The notes under the pieces were generated by a model. That model saw only the letters and a program-made list of their open reading frames with translations, was not told where the DNA came from and searched no databases. This document shows, piece after piece, positions 38,569 to 46,044 of a stretch of 52,138 nucleotides of DNA. Origin of the DNA: a virus (taxonomy: Duplodnaviria > Caudoviricetes); the IMG/VR virus record IMGVR_UViG_3300044839_000032, positions 1 through 52,138 of that record, one strand, 5' to 3'. The position numbers and the translations under genes are program-made. How positions within the stretch are numbered: position 1 is the first letter of the stretch; each line of letters begins with the position of its first letter.

Positions 38569-39429
38569 ATGAACCCAGAAGTAACCCTCGGCGCAGTTGA
38601 ACGACCCCTCGACCTAAGAGACATCGACCTCGGCCAGGTTCAAGCTCCCGTACCCAGACCGGCCGTTTTCATAGAGGACGTTTCACACCTTCCGACCTAC
38701 TACCAAGGCCAGCAACCAGCATGCGGGCCGCACGCCGCTTCATGGTTCAAGGCCCGAAAAGACTCTCGCGAAAACAACGCCACCTACAGCTACAACCCCT
38801 CAAGCTACAGTCCGGAGTTCGGTTGGAAAGAGGTCAAGACCTTCGACGGCTACCCGCTCGACTCTGGGACCGACATGCGCTCGCTTTTCAAGTGGCTGCA
38901 GAACATCGGCCCCTGCGACATCGGCCTCATGCCGAACAACGTAGACCAATCACTTGAGGCTTACTCAGACCCTTCTACCGTCACCCCTCAGATGCTTCAG
39001 AACGCGAGCGGAAAGAAGATCGGACCATATGCGTTCCTCACCGATCTTTCCTTTGATGGAGTGTGCGACGCCATTTGGCAGACCAAGGAGGTCATCTTGC
39101 TCATCAGGTGCGACTCCGGGTTTTTCCGGACGAACACTCCGACCTTCACCTCTCCTCTCTACGGTCACTTCGTAACCGCCTTTAACTACGACCAGACCTA
39201 CGTCTACATCAAGGACTCCACGGAAAAGGACCCGGCCCTATCCGTGAAGAAGATCCACAGAATGTACTTCCAGCCTCAGTTCATCAGGGAAGGTGGAACG
39301 GCCGTGAATCTCCACCCCCTCGTCGTCGCCGTCGCGACCAACAAGAACGCAATCATCAGACAGCTCATCGCGCTCTACACCATGCTTTTGAAGTTCGCAC
39401 CAAAGGTCGCAACACCTTCACAGACCTAA
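38569..39429 (+). CDS. Papain-fold (C1-like) cysteine peptidase, candidate endolysin
   Basis: YQGQQPACGPHA (oxyanion Gln, catalytic Cys), GHFV (His), IKDS; next to a holin-like gene. Confidence 0.7.
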   Translation: MNPEVTLGAVERPLDLRDIDLGQVQAPVPRPAVFIEDVSHLPTYYQGQQPACGPHAASWFKARKDSRENNATYSYNPSSYSPEFGWKEVKTFDGYPLDSGTDMRSLFKWLQNIGPCDIGLMPNNVDQSLEAYSDPSTVTPQMLQNASGKKIGPYAFLTDLSFDGVCDAIWQTKEVILLIRCDSGFFRTNTPTFTSPLYGHFVTAFNYDQTYVYIKDSTEKDPALSVKKIHRMYFQPQFIREGGTAVNLHPLVVAVATNKNAIIRQLIALYTMLLKFAPKVATPSQT

Positions 39430-39630
39430 ATGCCAACAAAAGCCTGGTACCAATCAAAGACCATCTGGTTTAACGCCTTGACCATTCTCCTTGCAGTCGC
39501 TACCTACTTCGGCTGGACCCCTGACCAGCAGCTGATGACGAACGTAGCTGGCTTCCTTGTAGCCGCGTCCCCGTTCATCAACCTCGCTCTCCGCTTCTTT
39601 ACCCATCGAGCGATCGCCTCCAACAGCTAG
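39430..39630 (+). CDS. Small two-TM holin-like protein
   Basis: KAWYQSKTIWFN...INLALRFFT pattern. Confidence 0.65.
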   Translation: MPTKAWYQSKTIWFNALTILLAVATYFGWTPDQQLMTNVAGFLVAASPFINLALRFFTHRAIASNS

Positions 39631-39740
39631 TTCCCTGACGGTCTGCGTCGGAACCTCACGTCTGGCGCAGCGGTCAGCGAGATAGCGCATAGCGCGCCCT
39701 CCCGACTGAAGCACCTTCACAACCTACATGAGGGACGCCC

Positions 39741-40061
39741 ATGCTCTTTAAGCACTCCTCCGCACTCTCTTACACGAGAGGCATGAACGGCATTACCCAA
39801 GTTCACGGCCTCTACTGGCTCCTGGACTTCATCGAAGCCCATCAGAAACGCATCAAGAAGAACTCTCGCTTCAAGAAGGTCCAACGCTGGGTCCACCGCG
39901 TCCAGTTCCGGAGAGCAACGATCTATTGCTATGCGGGCGATTCCGACGATGACCCACTCGTCTTTCCTCAGAAGCTCTACACCGCCGTCACCGAACCAGA
40001 GATCACGCTCTATCTCATCGATGGAGTTCTCATGACGAAGGAGGAGCGCGATGCACTGTGA
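39741..40061 (+). CDS. DUF6876-like hypothetical protein
   Basis: YTRG...YWLLD.I..HQ...EITLYLIDGVLM; family assignment from memory. Confidence 0.5.
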   Translation: MLFKHSSALSYTRGMNGITQVHGLYWLLDFIEAHQKRIKKNSRFKKVQRWVHRVQFRRATIYCYAGDSDDDPLVFPQKLYTAVTEPEITLYLIDGVLMTKEERDAL

Positions 40062-40293
40062 GAAATGCGGCGTCCGCTTCAGTCCCCTTATTCATATCTT
40101 CCGCGTTCCATTCCTCGGCTGGTTCTGCGGCGCCTGCATCGACGAAATCGAGATCCGAAAGGAGACACGGTGTTCCGATATGAACGCTACAAGAAGACCC
40201 GCTTCTGGGCCGTGTACGAGGGCGAGACCCTCATCTGTCTCACGGTCTACCTCAAAGGCGCACTCACGCTCATCGAACGCATCACCGGCGTAA
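40051..40293 (+). CDS. Small Zn-ribbon protein
   Basis: SD GGAGG; CEKC...CGAC; 3' part overlaps the next gene. Confidence 0.45.
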   Translation: MHCEKCGVRFSPLIHIFRVPFLGWFCGACIDEIEIRKETRCSDMNATRRPASGPCTRARPSSVSRSTSKAHSRSSNASPA

Positions 40294-40385
40294 GACCCGA
40301 CCCGCCGCTTCGCAAACAGCGAGCTCCTCTTCCGCCGATCTACCGCCCCAAACAAGAACCGCTCTTCATCAACGACTCAAAGTGA
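40170..40385 (+). CDS. Hypothetical protein
   Basis: SD AAGGAG before GTG 40170; RFWAVYEG..LICLTVYLKGA. Confidence 0.55.
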   Translation: MFRYERYKKTRFWAVYEGETLICLTVYLKGALTLIERITGVRPDPPLRKQRAPLPPIYRPKQEPLFINDSK

Positions 40386-40399
40386 AAGGAGTGTCCCAA

Positions 40400-40786
40400 T
40401 TGTTCAACTACAACCGCGTCATCGTCAGTGGATACCTCGGCAAAGACCCGGAAACCGCTCCCGCCGGAGCAACTACCGCTACAAAGTTCTCCCTTGCTGT
40501 AACCGACCGCTGGAAGGACGCCGCCGGCGAGAAGCAGGAGCGGACCAACTGGCTCTCGATCGTCGTCTGGAACGGCAACGGCGAGAACGCTTCCCAGTAC
40601 CTCAGGAAGGGCTCCCACGTCCTCATCGAAGGCTCGCTCCGAACCTCCGAATGGGAAGACAAGGAATCCGGCCAGAAACGCTGGAAGACCGAAGTCCACG
40701 CCTCGCAGGTCATCTTCCTCGACAAGAAGCCGGACGAGACTCAGGCCTCTCTGCCTTCGACCTCCCGACGCAAGAAGGCCACATGA
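40400..40786 (+). CDS. ssb: Single-stranded DNA-binding protein (bacterial type, no acidic tail)
   Basis: NRVIVSGYLGKDPE, FSLAV, YLRKGSHVLIEGSLRT; SD AAGGAG before TTG 40400. Confidence 0.9.
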   Translation: MFNYNRVIVSGYLGKDPETAPAGATTATKFSLAVTDRWKDAAGEKQERTNWLSIVVWNGNGENASQYLRKGSHVLIEGSLRTSEWEDKESGQKRWKTEVHASQVIFLDKKPDETQASLPSTSRRKKAT

Positions 40787-40998
40787 GCTTCGAACCTCGC
40801 GTCGTTATCTGCACCTGCGAACATAACAAGCTCTTCCACCTCATCACGAAATCCGTTCCCGCCGGGCCTTGCGAGCTGTGCAACTGCAACAGTTTCACGC
40901 CCGAGAAACGCTGTCGCTGCGGCCACGGCAAGAAGGCCCACGCCAAAGGCCGCTGTCATGAAGGAGATGGTTGCAAAGAGTTCCGACCCACCACTTAA
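40783..40998 (+). CDS. Cys/His-rich metal-binding protein
   Basis: Two CxCxH...H...C...CxxF-like repeats. Confidence 0.55.
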   Translation: MSFEPRVVICTCEHNKLFHLITKSVPAGPCELCNCNSFTPEKRCRCGHGKKAHAKGRCHEGDGCKEFRPTT

Positions 40999-41057
40999 CA
41001 GAAAGGAGACTGACCACACGGAGTCCCTGGGCTCGACAAGAGCCGACATGATCATTC

Positions 41058-41083
41058 AAGCCCCGCAATCTCGCGGGGCTTTT
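41058..41083. terminator. Rho-independent terminator between convergent genes
   Basis: AAGCCCCGC/GCGGGGCTT stem followed by T residues. Confidence 0.7.
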
Positions 41084-41705
41084 ACTTACACGGCTTCTGA
41101 ATCTTTCCCACAATTTCGCCGCTGCTCACATCGTAAAACTTAAACAGCCAAGTGCAGTCCTCAGCCGACACAACCGTCGTGGCGCTCGCAAAGTCGTACT
41201 TCTTTTTCGCTTTCTGATCCTGTGCCGCATTCTGGAAGTGCGTGTTCATGTTGTACGTGACACCCTCGCCCAGCTCGTGCAGCTTCTTTGGTACGCTCAG
41301 GCTATCCACTTGCATCGTCTCGACGCCGGTCGCCGTCACCACAAGCGCTGTAAAGGGGTACTCCCAACCCTTCTTTCCTTCATGGGTGATTGCCTTTGGC
41401 GTGTCTTTGAACATCTCGAAGACCCACTCGCCACCATCACCGTTTTCGTTCATGAGTCTGTTTGTTGCCCCGTGGATATTCATCGATACGAGCGTCTGAC
41501 TGACTCCCGTGTTCGAGATGTATGCGACCTTCCACGATCCGGCCTTCGCCACCGGTTCTATCCTCTTCCACGCGTCGATCAGCGAGAGCCTAGCCGCGTC
41601 CGTTCCGCCGCCCGTGCTCACCGTAGGAGCGGCGCTGTTGTCTGTTTCGTGCTTTCCGCAGGCCAGGACCACGAGTACCGCCGCAAGAATCGTCAGTTTT
41701 CTCAT
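41082..41705 (-). CDS. Lipoprotein of unknown function
   Basis: Signal peptide MRKLTILAAVLVVLA-C (lipobox); purine-rich SD. Confidence 0.7.
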   Translation of the reverse strand: MRKLTILAAVLVVLACGKHETDNSAAPTVSTGGGTDAARLSLIDAWKRIEPVAKAGSWKVAYISNTGVSQTLVSMNIHGATNRLMNENGDGGEWVFEMFKDTPKAITHEGKKGWEYPFTALVVTATGVETMQVDSLSVPKKLHELGEGVTYNMNTHFQNAAQDQKAKKKYDFASATTVVSAEDCTWLFKFYDVSSGEIVGKIQKPCK

Positions 41706-41828
41706 CTACCTTCCCTCGCGGGTCATTCTACCCGCAGACACCTGTCCCCACCCTGACCCTTCCATTTTCCGGTCAGCGCGCTAGGCTTAACCTATCCGGT
41801 TCTGCCTTCCCCGTGAGCGAAGGCCTCG

Positions 41829-42257
41829 ATGAGTAACACCATCAAAACCCTCTGCGTGAGCGTGTTAGTAATCGCGGCACTCTGCCCGATGAAGACAACG
41901 ACGGCGCAGACTTCATATGAATCAAGACCAGAACAAGCAAGCAGCACAACCGTCATCGCGACGGTCACTTCGTATTCCTCTGTCGATTCTTGCCATTATC
42001 CTAGCTGTGTCATGGCTTCTGGTCGGCCCGCTTACGTTGGTGCTGTTGCCTGTCCTCGCCGGGTTCCTCTGGGTACGGTGGTGCATATCGCGGGAACGCG
42101 TCTTGTTTGCGAAGATCGCACGGCTAAACGCTTCGATGGCCGGTACGACATCTTTCAGGGATACGGCGAACCCGCTCACCAGAAAGCCCTCCGGTTTGGC
42201 AAACAAACCCTAGAAGTCCATGTCGAAGCTCAAAGTATCAATCTCCCGAAAGTTTAA
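41829..42257 (+). CDS. 3D-domain (MltA/RlpA-like) protein with signal anchor
   Basis: TVTSYSS..., ASGR...GAVACP..VPLGT..., CEDR...RYDIF. Confidence 0.75.
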   Translation: MSNTIKTLCVSVLVIAALCPMKTTTAQTSYESRPEQASSTTVIATVTSYSSVDSCHYPSCVMASGRPAYVGAVACPRRVPLGTVVHIAGTRLVCEDRTAKRFDGRYDIFQGYGEPAHQKALRFGKQTLEVHVEAQSINLPKV

Positions 42258-42348
42258 GTGCGACTCCTGCAAGCGTATGGTTTCTGTTGTCCGGTCAGGC
42301 GACGGACTCGAAGGCCAGGTCTGCGATGAGTGTGCGGGGGTCAAGTAG
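42220..42348 (+). CDS. Small Zn-finger protein (42 aa), not in the ORF track
   Basis: MSKLKVSISRKFKCDSCK...VCDECAGVK. Confidence 0.45.
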   Translation: MSKLKVSISRKFKCDSCKRMVSVVRSGDGLEGQVCDECAGVK

Positions 42349-42495
42349 CCGCCAGAATGTCACTGCTCTTGCCTGAGTACGCGGAGAGACCCGACAATCC
42401 GCGACACCCAGAATCCCCTGTCTGGAGCGCAACTCGCCTTATATCGCATTTAAATCGAAGTTTTGATGAAGCCGGATTTAGGGGATAACTCGGCC

Positions 42496-42523
42496 TTGCA
42501 AGCCGCCGCCGCACAGGTACGAT
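42496..42523 (+). promoter_or_regulatory. Promoter TTGCAA-16-TACGAT facing a long non-coding region
   Basis: Sequence match; reverse DnaA-box-like GGGGATAA at 42481. Confidence 0.55.
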
Positions 42524-42529
42524 AGAAGA

Positions 42530-43206
42530 GTTCCCTTGGAAACTGCTTTCACCAGTTTCATCCTATTGTGGCGGATGGAACGCTCAGATGAGTCCGTGCC
42601 ACAATCACGGGCTCTTTTGTTTCTTGACTCCGGGTTTACGGTGCAACTCCAGACTCGTCGGTGAACACTCCGACGAAACCCGGCGTCAGGGCGCAAAGCT
42701 CTGAATGGTTGTGCGTTGATGGGGGAAGCGACGCGAAGATATTCGTGGAAGGCATGCCGACGAGACACCATACATGTCGGCTACCACGCGAGAGAATGGA
42801 CTAGGTGGTGTTGGAAAGTTCTCTCCTCCCCACCAGCGCACAACCGAGATCGTTCCTTGAAGCGAGAGAGATGTTTCGTGCCTCAAAAATGCGGAGGCGG
42901 GAAGCGAACCCGCCCATAACATCTAAAACACGAGGTTCCGCCGCAACTCTGACTACCTCTCTCACTTCAGCGAATTAGATCGCTGGGAACGCTCGCTAGA
43001 TAGAGCGCCGGATTTCTCCGGGAAGGTATCTAGCCCTTCGAAATACTCGACTCAACTCCGGCTCATGTCCGAGGAACACCAGTACCCTGACCTTTTCAGG
43101 GGTGGGCAACCCTCATGAGAGGAGGAAGGAGAGGAAGAAGGGGCCTGCCTTTGGTTCCAATGGGGGGAGCCGGTAGGGTGTCGCACAATATCTTTTTTAC
43201 GACATA
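42530..43206 (+). ncRNA. Putative large structured non-coding RNA (~670 nt)
   Basis: No convincing ORF; more than 10 hairpins and nested long-range stems (42707-42725/42827-42845; 42858-42870/42957-42969); upstream promoter. Confidence 0.55.
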
Positions 43207-43530
43207 TCAGTTCGCCGGCGAGAGGTAATCGTCGGCCGACTTCTTCTTTGTGAGGTTTTCCATAGCTTCTTCGAACATCGCCTTCTCTTCAGCCGCTCTT
43301 CGCCTCATCTTTTCTTTTCCATCCTCGAGCGCAGCTAGGAGCTCCTCTTCCCGGATCTCGCGCCGTTCCCGCTTCTCGAAGAACGGCTCCAGCGCTTCCT
43401 CGAAGTCGGCCTTGATCTGTTTCATGTTCGAGCGATACGTGAGGATCACGCTTTCAAGCTCAGCGATCCGCCCTATCATCTCGGCGGTCTCAGGGTCCTC
43501 AATCGCTTCGCTCACCTTTCGTCTCGGCAC
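43207..43530 (-). CDS. Coiled-coil hypothetical protein
   Basis: Charged helical 107-aa ORF; SD GGAG. Confidence 0.6.
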   Translation of the reverse strand: MPRRKVSEAIEDPETAEMIGRIAELESVILTYRSNMKQIKADFEEALEPFFEKRERREIREEELLAALEDGKEKMRRRAAEEKAMFEEAMENLTKKKSADDYLSPAN

Positions 43531-43780
43531 GCTCCGATTCTAACCGCGCGACGATCCGCTGAACCTTGATGTTCGCCATCTCTTCGGTCAACGCTCGTTC
43601 ATCTACGTCCGGGTGACCTTCGAGGTACCCGTGCCACATGCCGCCAATCTTCTTTACCGTGATCTTCATCCGAAGAGTCTGCGGGGGAACCTCTGCTTTG
43701 TTCAACTCTTCGGGAATGAACCTGAGGGTGCGCGCGGCTTGCCCGGCTTCCGGTTCTACGGAGCGAAGAGCGGAACCCAT
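43499..43780 (-). CDS. Hypothetical protein (start uncertain)
   Basis: The 3' half (KITVKKIGGMWHGYLEGHP...) looks coding. Confidence 0.45.
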   Translation of the reverse strand: MGSALRSVEPEAGQAARTLRFIPEELNKAEVPPQTLRMKITVKKIGGMWHGYLEGHPDVDERALTEEMANIKVQRIVARLESERAETKGERSD

Positions 43781-43948
43781 AAGAGTCACTTCAAAATAAA
43801 TCCGGCGAAACTGCACAACCCCTTGTGCATCCTCCTTTGACGCGTTTCCGTTCCGAGCTACGGTCTTTTTCGCGTTCGGCCCGTGAGGATGTTTCGAGCT
43901 TAGTGGTAAGCGCGCTCCTCGCAACCCTCCGGGCCGGGCGTCTCACTC

Positions 43949-44164
43949 ATGACCAAGCTAGAAGCATTCATCAAGGCGAAGGGCATCAAGCCCGCCCACC
44001 TCGCCCTCCACGCCGATTACTCCCGCCAGCACCTTCTAAGGATTCGGAAAGGAACCATGGAACCCACCCGGAAATGCATCAAGGCCATCGTCTCAGCCTG
44101 TCGGAGACTGGCCCACGAACCTGTCACGGCGTCCGATCTCTTCGACCTGGACGACCCGGAGTAA
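43949..44164 (+). CDS. Cro/CI (XRE) HTH transcriptional regulator
   Basis: IKAKGIKPAHLALHADYSRQHLLRIRKGTMEP...DLF. Confidence 0.75.
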   Translation: MTKLEAFIKAKGIKPAHLALHADYSRQHLLRIRKGTMEPTRKCIKAIVSACRRLAHEPVTASDLFDLDDPE

Positions 44165-44175
44165 AATGCCCGGTC

Positions 44176-44349
44176 GTGAACGCCGCCCAGCTCATTCTCG
44201 ACTACGTGGACTTTTGCGACCGGCGCGGCCCGGTTCTCGAACTCTCCGAGTACGTGGTCGTCTGGAGAGTAGCGAACGAGATCGCCGAGGAGACGGCGCC
44301 GGAGGATCGCGAAATGGTCCTCGCCAGCATCCTTCCGAACCGCGAGTAG
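44176..44349 (+). CDS. Hypothetical protein
   Basis: Short acidic ORF after the HTH gene. Confidence 0.4.
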   Translation: MNAAQLILDYVDFCDRRGPVLELSEYVVVWRVANEIAEETAPEDREMVLASILPNRE

Positions 44350-44402
44350 CTCTCCATCCGGTAGAATCGCCCGAACTCCATGTCTTTCGAGGGGGCGGGT
44401 GG

Positions 44403-46028
44403 ATGAAGAATCTCCTCTACTACGGGGACAATCTAGATGTTCTGCGGCGGCACATCGACGACGAAGTCGCCGACCTTGTCTATTTGGACCCGCCCTTCAA
44501 CTCCAGCCAGGACTACAACGTCCTTTTTGCAGAGCATGACGGGACCAAGGCCGCTGCCCAAATCAAAGCTTTCGGTGACACTTGGAAGTGGGACGAGTCA
44601 GCCGCCCGCGCTTACCAAGAGGTAGTCGAGTCGGGCGGTCGGGTGTCCGAGGTTCTGCAGGCCTTTCGCGCATACCTCGACCGTACGGACATGCTTGCGT
44701 ATCTTTCCATGATGGCCCCGCGCCTCATTGAGCTGCGGCGGGTCATGAAGCCAACGGCGTCCATCTACCTTCATTGTGACGCGACCGCTAGCCACTACCT
44801 CAAGGTGGTCATGGATGCGACCTTCGGCCCTGAGAACTTCCGAAACGAGATCATCTGGCAGCGGACCCTCGCGAAAGGACTTCAGACCCGCAAGCTCGCA
44901 CAGAATCACGACGTAATCCTTGTTTACCAGAAGTCCGATCAGGCGTATTTCAATCTCGACTCTACCTTCCAGCCTTACGACGAGGATGACCTATCCGAGA
45001 AGACAGCCGGAAAGTACGCTTCCCGCGATGAAGACGGCCGGCGGTTCCAGCTCACCAGCCTCCTTAATCCGAACACCGACCGGCCGAACCTGAAGTATGA
45101 ATTCCTCGGCGTCACCCGCGTCTGGCGCTGGACGCAGGAGCGCATGCAGGCAGCCTATGAAGCGGGCTTCGTGATCCAGACTCAGCCCGGCACGGTCCCA
45201 CGGTTCAAGCGGTATCTCGACGAACAGCGAGGGATGCCACTCCACGACGTTTGGACCGACATCCCGCCCATCAACGCGCGCGCGAAGGAACGCCTCGGGT
45301 ATCCCACACAGAAGCCTGTCGCTCTTCTTGAGCGCATCGTGAACATTAGTTGTCCTCCGGGCGGCGTCGTGCTCGATCCATTCTGCGGTTGCGGGACGTC
45401 GATCTCCGCAGGCCAACGACTGGACCGTCCATGGATAGGAATCGACATCACTCACCTTGCTATAGGACTGATCCGAAGCCGTCTTCGCGGCGAGTTCGGC
45501 GAAGAGATCGCGAAGACATACCGGGTCATCGGCGAACCGACAACCGTAGAAGATGCGATGGAGCTCGCGCATGAAGACCCGTACCAGTTCCAATGGTGGG
45601 CGCTCGGTTTGGTCGGAGCCCGCCGGGACGAGGAAAAGAAGGGAGCCGACCGAGGTATCGACGGCAAACTCGCCTTTCACGACGAGGGTCTTGCCGGGAA
45701 AACGAAGAACGTCGTCATCTCCGTCAAAGCCGGGAAGCTTCACGCGAACCACGTGCGGGACTTGCGCGGAGTCATCGAAAGAGACCGCGCCGAGATCGGC
45801 GTGCTTATTTCGATGGAAGAACCCACGAAGCCGATGCGGTCGGAAGCAGCGAACGCAGGTTTCTACAAGTCGCCGTATGGCACCGACCACCCCCGGCTCC
45901 AGTTCCTCACTATCCACGATCTTCTCCACGGGAAAGGCATCGACTACCCAGCTCCCAGGCAGACTAACGTCACGACCAAACGCGCACGCCGTCACGTGAA
46001 GGATGACGAAGCCCGCAAGCTTTTTTAA
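44403..46028 (+). CDS. N6-adenine/N4-cytosine DNA methyltransferase (beta class) with C-terminal PD-(D/E)XK restriction-endonuclease-like domain
   Basis: YLDPPF, YPTQKP, LDPFCGCGT; C-terminal ADRGIDG...ISVKAG; start ATG 44403. Confidence 0.88.
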   Translation: MKNLLYYGDNLDVLRRHIDDEVADLVYLDPPFNSSQDYNVLFAEHDGTKAAAQIKAFGDTWKWDESAARAYQEVVESGGRVSEVLQAFRAYLDRTDMLAYLSMMAPRLIELRRVMKPTASIYLHCDATASHYLKVVMDATFGPENFRNEIIWQRTLAKGLQTRKLAQNHDVILVYQKSDQAYFNLDSTFQPYDEDDLSEKTAGKYASRDEDGRRFQLTSLLNPNTDRPNLKYEFLGVTRVWRWTQERMQAAYEAGFVIQTQPGTVPRFKRYLDEQRGMPLHDVWTDIPPINARAKERLGYPTQKPVALLERIVNISCPPGGVVLDPFCGCGTSISAGQRLDRPWIGIDITHLAIGLIRSRLRGEFGEEIAKTYRVIGEPTTVEDAMELAHEDPYQFQWWALGLVGARRDEEKKGADRGIDGKLAFHDEGLAGKTKNVVISVKAGKLHANHVRDLRGVIERDRAEIGVLISMEEPTKPMRSEAANAGFYKSPYGTDHPRLQFLTIHDLLHGKGIDYPAPRQTNVTTKRARRHVKDDEARKLF

Positions 46029-46044
46029 AGAGAAAGGCGACGCT

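Noticed and set aside
8969-39630. Stop-codon reassignment in the phage block (as in some CPR lineages and phages)
   Set aside because: Genes are full length and densely packed in the standard code; TGA, TAG and TAA all serve as stops.
8969-39630. Independent second prophage nested inside an integrative element
   Set aside because: I found no second integrase or flanking direct repeat by eye, and phage-type promoters also occur outside this block (4900, 41760, 42496). Not fully excluded without a computational repeat search.
42585-42679. Hammerhead ribozyme-like CAGATGAGTC...GACGAAAC
   Set aside because: The core reads CAGAUGA rather than CUGANGA, the halves are engaged in other helices, and I could not build stems I and III.
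42478-42922. Short ORFs 42478..42771, 42686..42922 and 42716..42919
   Set aside because: No motifs, atypical composition, mutually overlapping, and they coincide with dense RNA-like pairing.
44166-44402. N-terminal extension of the adenine MTase ORF
   Set aside because: Low-complexity Arg/Pro-rich translation overlapping another ORF; the family-typical start MKNLLYYGDNL is at 44403.
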